DNA of 60,699 nt from Candidatus Thalassarchaeum sp. (GTDB taxonomy: Archaea > Thermoplasmatota > Poseidoniia > Poseidoniales > Thalassarchaeaceae): the NCBI GenBank assembly GCA_045559735.1, contig JBJLJN010000020.1:1-60699 (forward strand), read 5' to 3'. Shown one piece after another: positions 28,743-37,672 of this stretch; the stretch's first letter is position 1, and each line of letters opens with the position of its first letter. Below the pieces are notes generated by a model. That model saw nothing but the letters and a program-made list of their open reading frames with translations, searched no databases and was not told the DNA's origin. The translations under genes were made by a program, and so were the position numbers.

Positions 28743-29984
28743 ATGAGTGGCGCTATCAGCGACCTCTCGGCCCGCGCCATTCTCGACTCTCGTGGCAATC
28801 CCACAATCGAGGTCGACTGCTTCGTAGACGGCCGACTGCAAGGCCGTGCGGCAGTACCATCGGGCGCTAGTACTGGTAGCTACGAAGCGATTGAGCTGCG
28901 TGACGGGGGCGACGAATGGGCTGGTAAGGGTGTTTCCTCAGCAGTCGCGAATGTCAACGGCGAAATCCGCGAGGCATTGATGGGCATGGATGTGTCCAAT
29001 CAGGAAGGTATCGACGCCGTCCTCATCTCGCTTGATGGAACTGAGAACAAGGCCAGATTGGGAGCCAATGCGATGCTGGGTGTTTCAATGGCTTGCTTGA
29101 GAGCAGCCACTCCAGGAGCGCTTTGGAAGCACATAGCAGGTGACGGCCCTAGCAGCATCCCCGTACCACAGATGAACATCCTCAACGGCGGCGCACACGC
29201 AACCTCGAACGTAGACATCCAGGAGTTCATGGTGGTCCCGCACGGTTTCGAGACCTTCTCTGACGCTCTGCGAGCGGGAGTGGAGATCTATCACTCACTC
29301 AAGTCCGTGCTGAAGGATGAGGGGCTTCTCGGAGGAATAGGGGATGAGGGCGGATTCGCCCCCAATCTACCTCGCAATGAGGATGGTCTGAGATTGGTCC
29401 TCAGCGCAATAAGCGGTGCAGGCTATAATCCGGGTGAGCAGGTTTCGATTGCTCTTGACTGCGCCGCTCAAGAGTTCTGCCACAACGATGGCTACCACAT
29501 TGACGGAAGTGTGCTTTCGGGCTCCGAACTCGGTAAGTTATACTCATCTTGGCTAGACACATACCCAATCGTCTCACTTGAGGACGCCTTCGGCGAGGAT
29601 GATTGGGCGGCCTGGTCTGAGTTCACTGCCCGAGAGGGCCACCGTGTACAAGTGGTCGGAGATGATCTGTACGTGACCAATCCCAGTAGACTCTCGAAGG
29701 GAATCGCCGAGGGCGCGAGCAATGCAATTCTCATCAAGCTCAATCAGATTGGCACAGTGAGCGAGACTATGCGTGTCATCGAGATGGCTCGCTCAGCCAG
29801 TTTTGCCATCATAATCAGCCATCGCTCCGGCGAGACTTCCGATCACATAATTTCTGACCTCGCCGTTGGAAGTAACGCAGGCCAAATCAAGACCGGGGCG
29901 CCGGCGAGGAGTGATCGCACTGCGAAGTATAACCAACTGATTCGACTCAGCGAGCAGTGCCAGAACTACGCTGACCTATTCTAG
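28743..29984 (+). CDS. eno: Enolase
   Basis: Motifs ILDSRGNPT, PSGASTG, GDEGG, VGDDL, SHRSGET and QIKTG. Confidence 0.98.
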   Translation: MSGAISDLSARAILDSRGNPTIEVDCFVDGRLQGRAAVPSGASTGSYEAIELRDGGDEWAGKGVSSAVANVNGEIREALMGMDVSNQEGIDAVLISLDGTENKARLGANAMLGVSMACLRAATPGALWKHIAGDGPSSIPVPQMNILNGGAHATSNVDIQEFMVVPHGFETFSDALRAGVEIYHSLKSVLKDEGLLGGIGDEGGFAPNLPRNEDGLRLVLSAISGAGYNPGEQVSIALDCAAQEFCHNDGYHIDGSVLSGSELGKLYSSWLDTYPIVSLEDAFGEDDWAAWSEFTAREGHRVQVVGDDLYVTNPSRLSKGIAEGASNAILIKLNQIGTVSETMRVIEMARSASFAIIISHRSGETSDHIISDLAVGSNAGQIKTGAPARSDRTAKYNQLIRLSEQCQNYADLF

Positions 29985-30923
29985 TGCGGCCAGTAACAGT
30001 GGCAGCACGATGGTGGCATCAGATTCGATTACGAATCGAGGCGTATCCTCTGAGATCTTCCCCCAACTGATCTTTTCATTCGGAGGAGCCCCGGAGTAAC
30101 CGCCGTACGAGGGTCGAGATTCTGAGATCTGTGCGAACCAAGCCCATAGAGGAACATCGACCTTGGCATCCTGCCTCAGCATGGGAACCACAGAGATGGC
30201 GAAGTCTCCAGCAATCCCCCCTCCAACCTGAAGCAATCCGGTGGGTGAATCATCCTCTCGGTACCAGTCAGCAAGGGCTTGCATCCCCTCGAGCCCCCCC
30301 TTAACAATCCCAGGCCCTTTCAGCGAGCAGTCGAGCACTCTGGCAGCTAGGATGTTACCCAAAGTACTGTCCTCCCAGCCGGGGGTGAAGATGGGCAGGT
30401 TGGCGTCTGCTGCTGCCATCAGCCACGACTGGTTAGGATTACCGTCGAACTCAATCTCTCCATGCAGTAACAGGTCATACAGGAACTCGTGCGGGAACCT
30501 ACTGTCACCAGCAGCCTCGGCATCCTCCCAGAGAGTCATTAGGGGGCCCTCGACTGCTCGTATCGCCTCCTCCTCAGGTATCGCCACATCGGTAACCCGG
30601 TTCATTCCTCTCTCAAGCAGTTCTGTCTCGTCTTTGGCGCTCAACTCCCTCCAGCCAGAGACACCCTCGTAGCTTGAGCGGGCAATTAGACTGAACAAGT
30701 CCTCTTCGAGATTAGCCCCAGTGCAGCATATCGCGTGCACCCTCTGTGCTTTGATTGCCGGTGCAAGGGTTCTACCAATCTCAGCAGTCGACATCGCCCC
30801 GGCCAGAGTCACCATCAATCGCCCATCTTGTCCGAGGAACGAGCGTAGAGAGGAAGCACAGTCAGCCAAGGCTCCGGAGTTGAAGTGGCGATAGTTGCTC
30901 TCGATGAAGTCACGCACCGGCAA
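29976..30923 (-). CDS. Deoxyhypusine synthase family protein (bacterial-type subfamily)
   Basis: Motifs YRHFN, LAGAMSTAE, CTGANLEED, GGGIAGDF, YSGAPPNEKISWGK and ESDATI. Confidence 0.88.
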   Translation of the reverse strand: MPVRDFIESNYRHFNSGALADCASSLRSFLGQDGRLMVTLAGAMSTAEIGRTLAPAIKAQRVHAICCTGANLEEDLFSLIARSSYEGVSGWRELSAKDETELLERGMNRVTDVAIPEEEAIRAVEGPLMTLWEDAEAAGDSRFPHEFLYDLLLHGEIEFDGNPNQSWLMAAADANLPIFTPGWEDSTLGNILAARVLDCSLKGPGIVKGGLEGMQALADWYREDDSPTGLLQVGGGIAGDFAISVVPMLRQDAKVDVPLWAWFAQISESRPSYGGYSGAPPNEKISWGKISEDTPRFVIESDATIVLPLLLAALE

Positions 30924-30932
30924 AAACTCACC

Positions 30933-31307
30933 TCAGAACCTATCGAGCATCTTTCGTCCCGCAAGCTCGATTCCGGGTACCGCCTCTGCAACTTCGTGAT
31001 TGATATCATCTGCAAGTGCAGAAGGGTCACTGCCTCCGCAGGTGAAGATGTCGATTGCGAGCAGACCACTGTCTGAGTAGCAGTGCGCACTAACATGACT
31101 CTCATCGATCAGCACGACAGCGGCGAACCCAGGAGGACTCTCAGTTCCATCGAACTGCTCGACATGTGAGTGGACCTCTCTCACCCCGGCCTTATGCACG
31201 CAACGACGCAGCACCTGTAGCATCCACTCACCATCATCCTCGACGGGAGGAGAGTATCCGTTGTAGTCGAGGACCACGTGCCTGCCTCGCGCTTCCGTGC
31301 CGCTCAT
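30933..31307 (-). CDS. speD: Pyruvoyl-dependent S-adenosylmethionine decarboxylase family proenzyme
   Basis: GRHVVLD, self-cleavage motif DESHVSAH, and DIFTCG. Confidence 0.88.
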   Translation of the reverse strand: MSGTEARGRHVVLDYNGYSPPVEDDGEWMLQVLRRCVHKAGVREVHSHVEQFDGTESPPGFAAVVLIDESHVSAHCYSDSGLLAIDIFTCGGSDPSALADDINHEVAEAVPGIELAGRKMLDRF

Positions 31308-31342
31308 AGGGAGACCTCGTCGATTTGCCGATTTCAAGGTGA

Positions 31343-32476
31343 CTAATCGACCAGCCAGACCTTCAGCCTGCGTAGACCCTCATGAATGGCCTCCTCGTCA
31401 GCAGCGTACGAGATACGCACGAAACCCTCTCCACCAGAGATGAGGGACGCTGGGATGAGCTGAACCCCGGCCTCGAGAGCACCGTCAGCGAACTCGATAT
31501 CAGTCATCCCAGTCCCCGTTACATCGACGAATACGTAAAACGCGCCCTCAGGCTCAACTACCCTAAGACCGGGGATTTCGGAGAGACCATCCATCATTAT
31601 TTGACGGCGCTTGAGGTACTCCTCGTTGAACATCTCAACGGATTCATCGCAGTCCAGAGCGACCACGGCAGCACGCATCAGAAAGGTCGGCACATGGGAT
31701 GCCGAGTTGGCTTGGCTCTTAATCGCCGCTTTCATCGCATCAGGGGGCCCAGTCAGGAAACCCAGTCGCATACCTGTCATGGCCCATGACTTTGACCACC
31801 CGTTGACAATCAGAGTCCTCTCACTTCCTCCGGGCAACGCATAGGGTGAGACGTGCGGGTAGTCCATCCAGACCAGCCTTGCGTAGATTTCATCAGAGAC
31901 AATCCACAAATCATGCTCCACCGCTATGTCGACAATTTCCTGTAACTCCTCGGGAGTGAATACGGCACCTGTGGGATTACAAGGCGAATTGATGAGAATC
32001 ATTCGTGTCTTGTCCGTGATAGCTTCCCTGATTGCATCGAGGTCTGGATGGAAGTTGTCACGACGGACTGGCACATTGACTGGAACGGCGCCAATCAGCT
32101 CGAGCATCGGCTCGTAGGAGGCCCACGCGGGAGCCAGTAGGATGGCCTCGTCACCAGGCATGGTGGTCATGAGGAAGGAGTAGAGCAGAGCCTGCTTTGC
32201 TCCCGGTGTAATTACCACGTCTTCGGGCCCGACCTCGATACCGTGATGCTTGGAGAGATAGCCAGACACCGCTTGGCACAACTCCATCGAACCGGCACCT
32301 CGAGTGTACTTCGTCTCTCCATCCTCGAGTGCTGCAATAGCCTCCTGAACGACCTCCTTTGGAGTATCAAATCCTGGTTCTCCGACAGTCCATCGGATTA
32401 CTCCAGGCCCGGGTGGCTGAAGGTATGGGGCGAAGCCCACACCAAGTCCATCATAACGCGATGAAACTCTAGGCAT
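31343..32476 (-). CDS. Class I PLP aminotransferase (aspartate aminotransferase-like)
   Basis: Motifs GEPGFDTP, GAKQAL, NSPCNPTG, DEIY and SKSWAMTGMRLG. Confidence 0.93.
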   Translation of the reverse strand: MPRVSSRYDGLGVGFAPYLQPPGPGVIRWTVGEPGFDTPKEVVQEAIAALEDGETKYTRGAGSMELCQAVSGYLSKHHGIEVGPEDVVITPGAKQALLYSFLMTTMPGDEAILLAPAWASYEPMLELIGAVPVNVPVRRDNFHPDLDAIREAITDKTRMILINSPCNPTGAVFTPEELQEIVDIAVEHDLWIVSDEIYARLVWMDYPHVSPYALPGGSERTLIVNGWSKSWAMTGMRLGFLTGPPDAMKAAIKSQANSASHVPTFLMRAAVVALDCDESVEMFNEEYLKRRQIMMDGLSEIPGLRVVEPEGAFYVFVDVTGTGMTDIEFADGALEAGVQLIPASLISGGEGFVRISYAADEEAIHEGLRRLKVWLVD

Positions 32477-32545
32477 GCCGTCTGCGGGAGGCCCAACGGA
32501 GATGAACATACCCTTCAAGGGGGGCTCGCGGCTCGGGAGGTCGCT

Positions 32546-32619
32546 GCACGGGTGGCAGAGTAGCTATGCAACGGACTGCAGATCCGTGGACCCGGGTGCA
32601 AATCCCGGCCCGTGCTCCA
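32546..32619 (+). tRNA. tRNA-Cys (GCA), CCA encoded
   Basis: GCACGGG...CCCGTGC-T-CCA with U73 discriminator. Anticodon arm ACGGA-CTGCAGA-TCCGT; T-loop variant TGCAAAT. Confidence 0.93.
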
Positions 32620-32631
32620 TAATTTCCTGTT

Positions 32632-32649
32632 TCAGAGGGTACTCTCTGA
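32632..32649. repeat. Palindromic repeat copy 1, TCAGAGGGTACTCTCTGA
   Basis: 17/18 identical to the copy at 33501-33518; starts 13 nt after the tRNA-Cys CCA. Confidence 0.8.
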
Positions 32650-32693
32650 AGCGTATACGGGTCTGTGGGTTCTCAGAGGATCCGAACGATGAG

Positions 32694-33473
32694 CTAATTC
32701 CACCATTCTCCATCTTCTGTGTTCGCTGCTGACTTGGTTTCTCCTATCTCATCTGTGATTTCTTTTCTTCCCAGTATTTCCGCCCATGCATCACTGGTCA
32801 ACTGTGGGTCCGGAGGTTCCCCAAACTCCCCGCTGTTCAGTCTTCTATTGAATTCGTTTTCCTTTTCCTCCATCTCGACTTCCCTTCTTGTGGCTTCTGC
32901 CCCCTTGGCTTCTGCCAGTTCCCTATTTGCCGTCGGTTGAATGTGGAATAATATCCCCCAACCCATTAGGAAAGTTACTACTGCACCAAATACTACAGAA
33001 ACAAACTGAAGTATGAGAATAATTGGTGGTAACACTCCCGAAAAACCCTTCATCAGGACTGCTTGATTTGGATCTTCTGAGTTGTAGTAAGCAGTAATTT
33101 CTGAACCGTAGTGATATTCATCAACAATTGATGTACTAAACCCATAACTGCCATCCAAATCAAAAAGAACAATATCATCATTTGAAAAAGACACGCCATC
33201 AACTGAATAAGAATAACTGATGTAAGGGAATTCCCCGTCACTCTCGCTGTATGGGTCTAACCTAATCTCTGAAACATTGACCGTTGCCTGAACTTCTTTC
33301 CAGTCAGAAGTGCCCATCTGGTGATTAGCATCATTCCACGGGAAAATTAACACTGCAATGACCATGATCAACACACTTGTTCCGAGTAATATTTCCTTTG
33401 CTTTCCTTTTGTCTACTTTAGGAACAATAGGAACGTCCATAATCCACTTCACCCAAGTTTTGGCCATTAACAT
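32694..33473 (-). CDS. DUF3592-like membrane protein
   Basis: TM, then WKEVQATV...PYISYSYSVDG...YYNSEDPNQAVL, then TM. AT-rich. Confidence 0.75.
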   Translation of the reverse strand: MLMAKTWVKWIMDVPIVPKVDKRKAKEILLGTSVLIMVIAVLIFPWNDANHQMGTSDWKEVQATVNVSEIRLDPYSESDGEFPYISYSYSVDGVSFSNDDIVLFDLDGSYGFSTSIVDEYHYGSEITAYYNSEDPNQAVLMKGFSGVLPPIILILQFVSVVFGAVVTFLMGWGILFHIQPTANRELAEAKGAEATRREVEMEEKENEFNRRLNSGEFGEPPDPQLTSDAWAEILGRKEITDEIGETKSAANTEDGEWWN

Positions 33474-33500
33474 TTACCCGACGGATGAATTCACGGAGAC

Positions 33501-33518
33501 TCAGAGGGTACCCTCTGA
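33501..33518. repeat. Palindromic repeat copy 2, TCAGAGGGTACCCTCTGA (perfect palindrome)
   Basis: Perfect 18-bp palindrome in the short spacer between two small genes. Confidence 0.85.
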
Positions 33519-33524
33519 TTCAGA

Positions 33525-33728
33525 TTACTCCTCTTCTTCATCGCTTGCGAAGATGGCTTTCAAAGAGTCCTTGTTCCATATGATATACAAAATGAGTATT
33601 GACCAAGGAATAGCTACAGCACCAAAATAGCCAAAATAGTCTACAGCAATAACGAAGCCTGCAGTCTGAACAACAAAGACAGCGATTCCAGCGGCTAACA
33701 AGAGGAGTAACTTAGAATAATCGACCAT
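33525..33728 (-). CDS. Small two-TM hypothetical protein
   Basis: 67 aa with two hydrophobic segments and an acidic tail. Confidence 0.65.
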   Translation of the reverse strand: MVDYSKLLLLLAAGIAVFVVQTAGFVIAVDYFGYFGAVAIPWSILILYIIWNKDSLKAIFASDEEEE

Positions 33729-33737
33729 ACTAATCCC

Positions 33738-34076
33738 CTAGTTTGATTTGATTTTGTTCCAAAGCCAAGTCAATGGCATGAAAATGAAAAAGATAATGAT
33801 TGCTTGCGTCAATAAGCCACCCACCAATCCGCCTATACCCTGCTCTGACACGTACAGGAAGGTGATAGCCACAAATAACAGTATGAGCAAGCTCAGAATG
33901 GCGAAACCCTTCACGGGCGATGTTTCATTCCCCCATTCTTCCGCTTTATCGTTTAACTTCTCGTCTAAACTCATACCTAATTCGGATGGGGGTTCGTCCT
34001 GGTGTTTCCAGCAGTAATCTGTGTCTCTGAAAGAATGTGTATGGCATCCTTCGCGTGCGCATGTTGACTTACTCAT
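33738..34076 (-). CDS. Small protein with CxxxxC-x10-CxxH motif and two TMs
   Basis: CAREGCHTHSFRDTDYCWKH followed by hydrophobic segments. Start at ATG 34076. Confidence 0.65.
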   Translation of the reverse strand: MSKSTCAREGCHTHSFRDTDYCWKHQDEPPSELGMSLDEKLNDKAEEWGNETSPVKGFAILSLLILLFVAITFLYVSEQGIGGLVGGLLTQAIIIFFIFMPLTWLWNKIKSN

Positions 34077-34142
34077 CCCACCAATCTCCTTCTTTCTCCA
34101 TAGTAATTCAAATTGCACATTGACCAAAAAGAAATGGGCGGA

Positions 34143-35087
34143 CTAAAACGGAAGCGAATCTACATTCCCACCTGAGAGAATCACACCGACCTTGTCTATT
34201 CCTTCTAGTGCCTTGAATTCTGGAGTGAGAACTGCGGCCAATGACGCAGCCCCACTGGGCTCGACAACCATTCCCAGATTATCAAGAATCAATCGCATAG
34301 CTTCAATCACCTGCTCGTCGCTGACTCTGATGATAGTCTCAAGATGGTCCCTGATAATCGGCCAGGTATGCTCGCCCATGCTGGTTAGAAGCCCATCACA
34401 GATTGTGTCCGGGCCTGTCTGAGGCAGGAATTCTCCCGCTTCGAGAGATCTGGCAGCATCGTCAGCGCCCTCTGGTTCAGCCCCGAAAATCCGAGCCTCG
34501 GGGTATATTGCTCTGGTGGTAATGCAGGTGCCTGACATCAGACCGCCTCCGCCTATGGGTGATACAATCGCATCCAACTCTCCTGCTTGCTGGAAGAACT
34601 CGAGAGAGGCCGTTCCCTGGCCTGCTATAACATCCGGATTGTCATACGGGTGTACCAGCGCCGCGCCAGTCCTGTCCATAATATCTCCAGCGGTAGCTTC
34701 TCTAGCCACCAGAGTAGGCTCACAGAAAGTAATCTCCGCGCCCTCGTTGTTGACGCCTAGTACCTTGATTCTAGGGGCGGAGCGAGGCATCACGATGTAG
34801 GCATCCACTCCGCGATTCTTGGCCGCCATCGAGAGAGCCTGAGCGTGATTCCCACTGCTATGAGTACAAACTCCACTCTCAGCATCATCGCCCAGCATAA
34901 TCACTGCATTCGTGGCTCCTCTGAACTTGAAGGCCCCGATATGCTGCAGATTCTCGCACTTCAACAGAACCTGTCTGCCTGCGATCTTATCGATTCCCTC
35001 AGCCGAAACCACTGGAGTTCGCTTCACAATGCCGTCCAGTCGTCCGGCCGCTGCGAGAACATCATCGATACTGATTGAGTACTCCAC
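34143..35087 (-). CDS. PLP-dependent serine/threonine dehydratase (serine racemase-like)
   Basis: Motifs KCENLQHIGAFKFRGA, SSGNHAQA, HPYD, GGGGL and SGGNVD. Confidence 0.92.
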   Translation of the reverse strand: MEYSISIDDVLAAAGRLDGIVKRTPVVSAEGIDKIAGRQVLLKCENLQHIGAFKFRGATNAVIMLGDDAESGVCTHSSGNHAQALSMAAKNRGVDAYIVMPRSAPRIKVLGVNNEGAEITFCEPTLVAREATAGDIMDRTGAALVHPYDNPDVIAGQGTASLEFFQQAGELDAIVSPIGGGGLMSGTCITTRAIYPEARIFGAEPEGADDAARSLEAGEFLPQTGPDTICDGLLTSMGEHTWPIIRDHLETIIRVSDEQVIEAMRLILDNLGMVVEPSGAASLAAVLTPEFKALEGIDKVGVILSGGNVDSLPF

Positions 35088-35162
35088 GAACTTCGCTGTG
35101 AGAAGTCACTCAAGACATCATCGCTACGCGGATTTCAAGCGCAGATACCACCTCGTCGGGAC

Positions 35163-35579
35163 ATGGAGACGCGGCCCACCCCTGAATGGAAGGCCCGAGC
35201 AGGCATAGGCAGCATCTTGTTACTCGACACCCTGACTCTCAAACTGGCTCCGGCAGGCCCGTGGAACTCGGTGTCGTTTACACTCGGTATAATTGGGCTG
35301 GCAGGTCTTACCCTGCTATACGTGGCTTGGTACAGATTAACCTTCCAACGCAAAGGCCTAGTTCCATGGATGGACCTCTGGCAGAACCCGGAAGCCTCGT
35401 CGAGGAAGGCGATAGCAGCAGGACTAACCATCATTGCTGCAGCATGGCTGGCCGGCAATCCTTTGCAGGAGTTCCTGCCCAAACCAGCCGGTCTAATTCT
35501 GACTCTAGTCGGCTTACTGACTCTGCTCAATGGAATCTACGTCCATCTCAGCGTGGGTGCTCTGTCGGACTCGGAATAG
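35163..35579 (+). CDS. Hypothetical membrane protein
   Basis: About four hydrophobic segments; TTCAAG lies 29 nt upstream. Confidence 0.7.
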   Translation: METRPTPEWKARAGIGSILLLDTLTLKLAPAGPWNSVSFTLGIIGLAGLTLLYVAWYRLTFQRKGLVPWMDLWQNPEASSRKAIAAGLTIIAAAWLAGNPLQEFLPKPAGLILTLVGLLTLLNGIYVHLSVGALSDSE

Positions 35580-36122
35580 TTACCGCTTTCCGGGCTTCCA
35601 GAATTGCAATGGCAGAGGTGATTCTCCCTGCATTGCCCTGAAAGCGAGATGATCAGACCTCTCGTTCCACCTATGGCCACGATGAGCACGCACATGCTCG
35701 CCTTTCAGTCCGCGTACAGAATCAGCCTCTTCCCACAACGCCTTCACCGACTTGGCTAGTTCTTGGTTAGCCTTAGCTCGCCACTCTCCCGAAGCGATTT
35801 TGAGAGCATATTGCGAGTCTCCTCTGATTACCACTCCTCCTCCATCAGGATGGGTCAAAACCCATCTGGCTGCGTGAGCTATGGCAGCAAGCTCGGCAGT
35901 ATTGTTTGAGCCCACTTCGGCACCCATGTAATCGGGCTGCGAAGGGTCTGTGATTACCGGCCCCGAACGCTCGAAGACGACGTCACCACTGCCTCGCCCG
36001 AGTCCACTGTCTCCTGAGACAACACAGAACCCCCACCCTGCGGGGGTATCAGAGGTTGCGAGCTCTTCTCCTGTTCTAGCACTAGAGCCATCGACGTAGA
36101 TATGTAGTGAGGAATTGGACAT
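35580..36122 (-). CDS. rnhA: Ribonuclease HI
   Basis: YVDGS, SNNTAELAA, GDSQYA and HVRAHRGHRWNERSDHLA (D-E-D-D plus His). Confidence 0.9.
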   Translation of the reverse strand: MSNSSLHIYVDGSSARTGEELATSDTPAGWGFCVVSGDSGLGRGSGDVVFERSGPVITDPSQPDYMGAEVGSNNTAELAAIAHAARWVLTHPDGGGVVIRGDSQYALKIASGEWRAKANQELAKSVKALWEEADSVRGLKGEHVRAHRGHRWNERSDHLAFRAMQGESPLPLQFWKPGKR

Positions 36123-36124
36123 TT

Positions 36125-36508
36125 TTAGTCTCCAATCAGGCCAGAGTATGTGGCCGCATCGAGCAGATCTTCGACCTGAGAAGCATCATCCATGCTGAGT
36201 GTGAATATCCAACCCTCGCCGAATGGGTCCTGATTGATTACCTCGGGCACATCCTCGAGCGCTTCGTTAGATTCGACGATTTCACCGGCGACTGGCGCAT
36301 AGATCTCACTGACCGACTTTACGGATTCGACACTGGCGCATGGCTCCATGGCACCGACCTTGGCACCTACCTCGGCCAACTCAACCCAGACCACATCTGT
36401 CAACGCTTCTTGGGCATAATCGGTGATGCCAACTACAGCCCTATCGCCTTCGACTCTAATCCACTCGTGTGACTCTGTGTAATGCAGTCCGCTTGGTACT
36501 TCGCTCAT
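36125..36508 (-). CDS. gcvH: Glycine cleavage system H protein
   Basis: Motifs YTESHEW, VGITDYAQ, lipoyl-Lys in VESVKSVSE, and NQDPFGEGW. Confidence 0.96.
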   Translation of the reverse strand: MSEVPSGLHYTESHEWIRVEGDRAVVGITDYAQEALTDVVWVELAEVGAKVGAMEPCASVESVKSVSEIYAPVAGEIVESNEALEDVPEVINQDPFGEGWIFTLSMDDASQVEDLLDAATYSGLIGD

Positions 36509-36555
36509 GTTTCTCGTCCCTCGGTGCTGCATTAGGGGAGTGAAGGTTTCGCTCC

Positions 36556-36930
36556 TCACTCTTCCTCCCCTATGGTCTTCTCGAGATGCTCCTTCTCCAT
36601 CTCTGCCCATGCCGATCCCATACTGGAAACATCAGCTTCTCGCTGCTCTTGACGCAGCCTTTCGAGCATCTCATCCTCTTGCTCACGGCTGACCAATGCG
36701 TCCAGTCTGGATGAGCCGTGAGGGCTATCCCCCAGCCACCCGATGTAGGCTTGAAGCAAGGTGGCAAGAATAGCCAGTCCGGCGAAGAGCGGTGCGAGAG
36801 AAGTATCTACAGGAGATTCGTCTGAGAGCAGCGAAAATCTGCCTTCGGCCAGCGAGAGAGCAGTCAGTAGGTACAACGGCACAGCGAACCCTATCAGAAC
36901 TCGTCGAGTTCGACTAGCTGGGGAACCCAT
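36556..36930 (-). CDS. Hypothetical membrane protein
   Basis: Two TMs and a charged C-terminus. Confidence 0.65.
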   Translation of the reverse strand: MGSPASRTRRVLIGFAVPLYLLTALSLAEGRFSLLSDESPVDTSLAPLFAGLAILATLLQAYIGWLGDSPHGSSRLDALVSREQEDEMLERLRQEQREADVSSMGSAWAEMEKEHLEKTIGEEE

Positions 36931-36970
36931 GGATGCCCAACGGCATTCCACGCATAACTTGACCGCAGAT

Positions 36971-37531
36971 TCAAGGCTTCTCGCTGACCAGCTTGAGAAT
37001 CTTGTATGGAAGCAGAGCCCTGTTGACCGGCGTCACTTCCAAGATGCGACCATCATCGCGTCTGCGAATGTCCTGTAATAGGGGGTGGCGACTCTTCTTG
37101 TGCAGCGTCAGCAGAGTCGGCATATCATAATCCAGTGCCTCCCTTACCGCGTCTACGAAACCCTCACTCTCTACAGTGAACTTGCCGACCTCGTCGATGA
37201 CTAGAACCTCACAGTTGCCGACTGCGTTTTGAATAGCAGGAACACCAACCCTATCGATTTCAGTTGGATCGATTCCGTATCCGAGGATCCGATTTCTCGA
37301 GTCTATCTCCCGATGCGCCATAACTCCACTCTCACCGGTCGAAATGTCGATGCAGGCGTAACCGACCCTCTCACCATTCTCGATTATCGCCTCGCTTCTC
37401 ATCCCACCGATGACGTCCGAATCTGAACTCCCACTACGATCCTCAAGCAGCATACTGGCAACCTTGTCCAGTACCGCCGACTTGCCTGAACGCGGCAGAC
37501 CGGTAATCCCAATCTTCGGGTTAATTCCCAT
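36971..37531 (-). CDS. THEP1-family nucleoside triphosphatase
   Basis: Motifs GITGLPRSGKS, RVGY and LVIDEVGK. Confidence 0.9.
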   Translation of the reverse strand: MGINPKIGITGLPRSGKSAVLDKVASMLLEDRSGSSDSDVIGGMRSEAIIENGERVGYACIDISTGESGVMAHREIDSRNRILGYGIDPTEIDRVGVPAIQNAVGNCEVLVIDEVGKFTVESEGFVDAVREALDYDMPTLLTLHKKSRHPLLQDIRRRDDGRILEVTPVNRALLPYKILKLVSEKP

Positions 37532-37672
37532 TACTTCTGCCTCTTATGCCAAAACTCACGCGATGGAACGCTCCGCTTACTGAGCCTTCGGATAATAGAC
37601 TGTTTGGTCAAATGTTGCTATTTGGCAGGTAAATGGAATTGTTTTTCCTAGAAATGCCCCGAAGAGCCGATT

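Noticed and set aside
32592-32608. Atypical T-loop (TGCAAAT) suggesting a tRNA pseudogene
   Set aside because: All stems pair and U73 and CCA are intact, so it is treated as a functional variant.
34076-34143. att-like duplication of the tRNA-Cys 3' end at the far side of the island
   Set aside because: No copy of CCCGGCCCGTGCTCCA was found by eye, and there is no integrase nearby.
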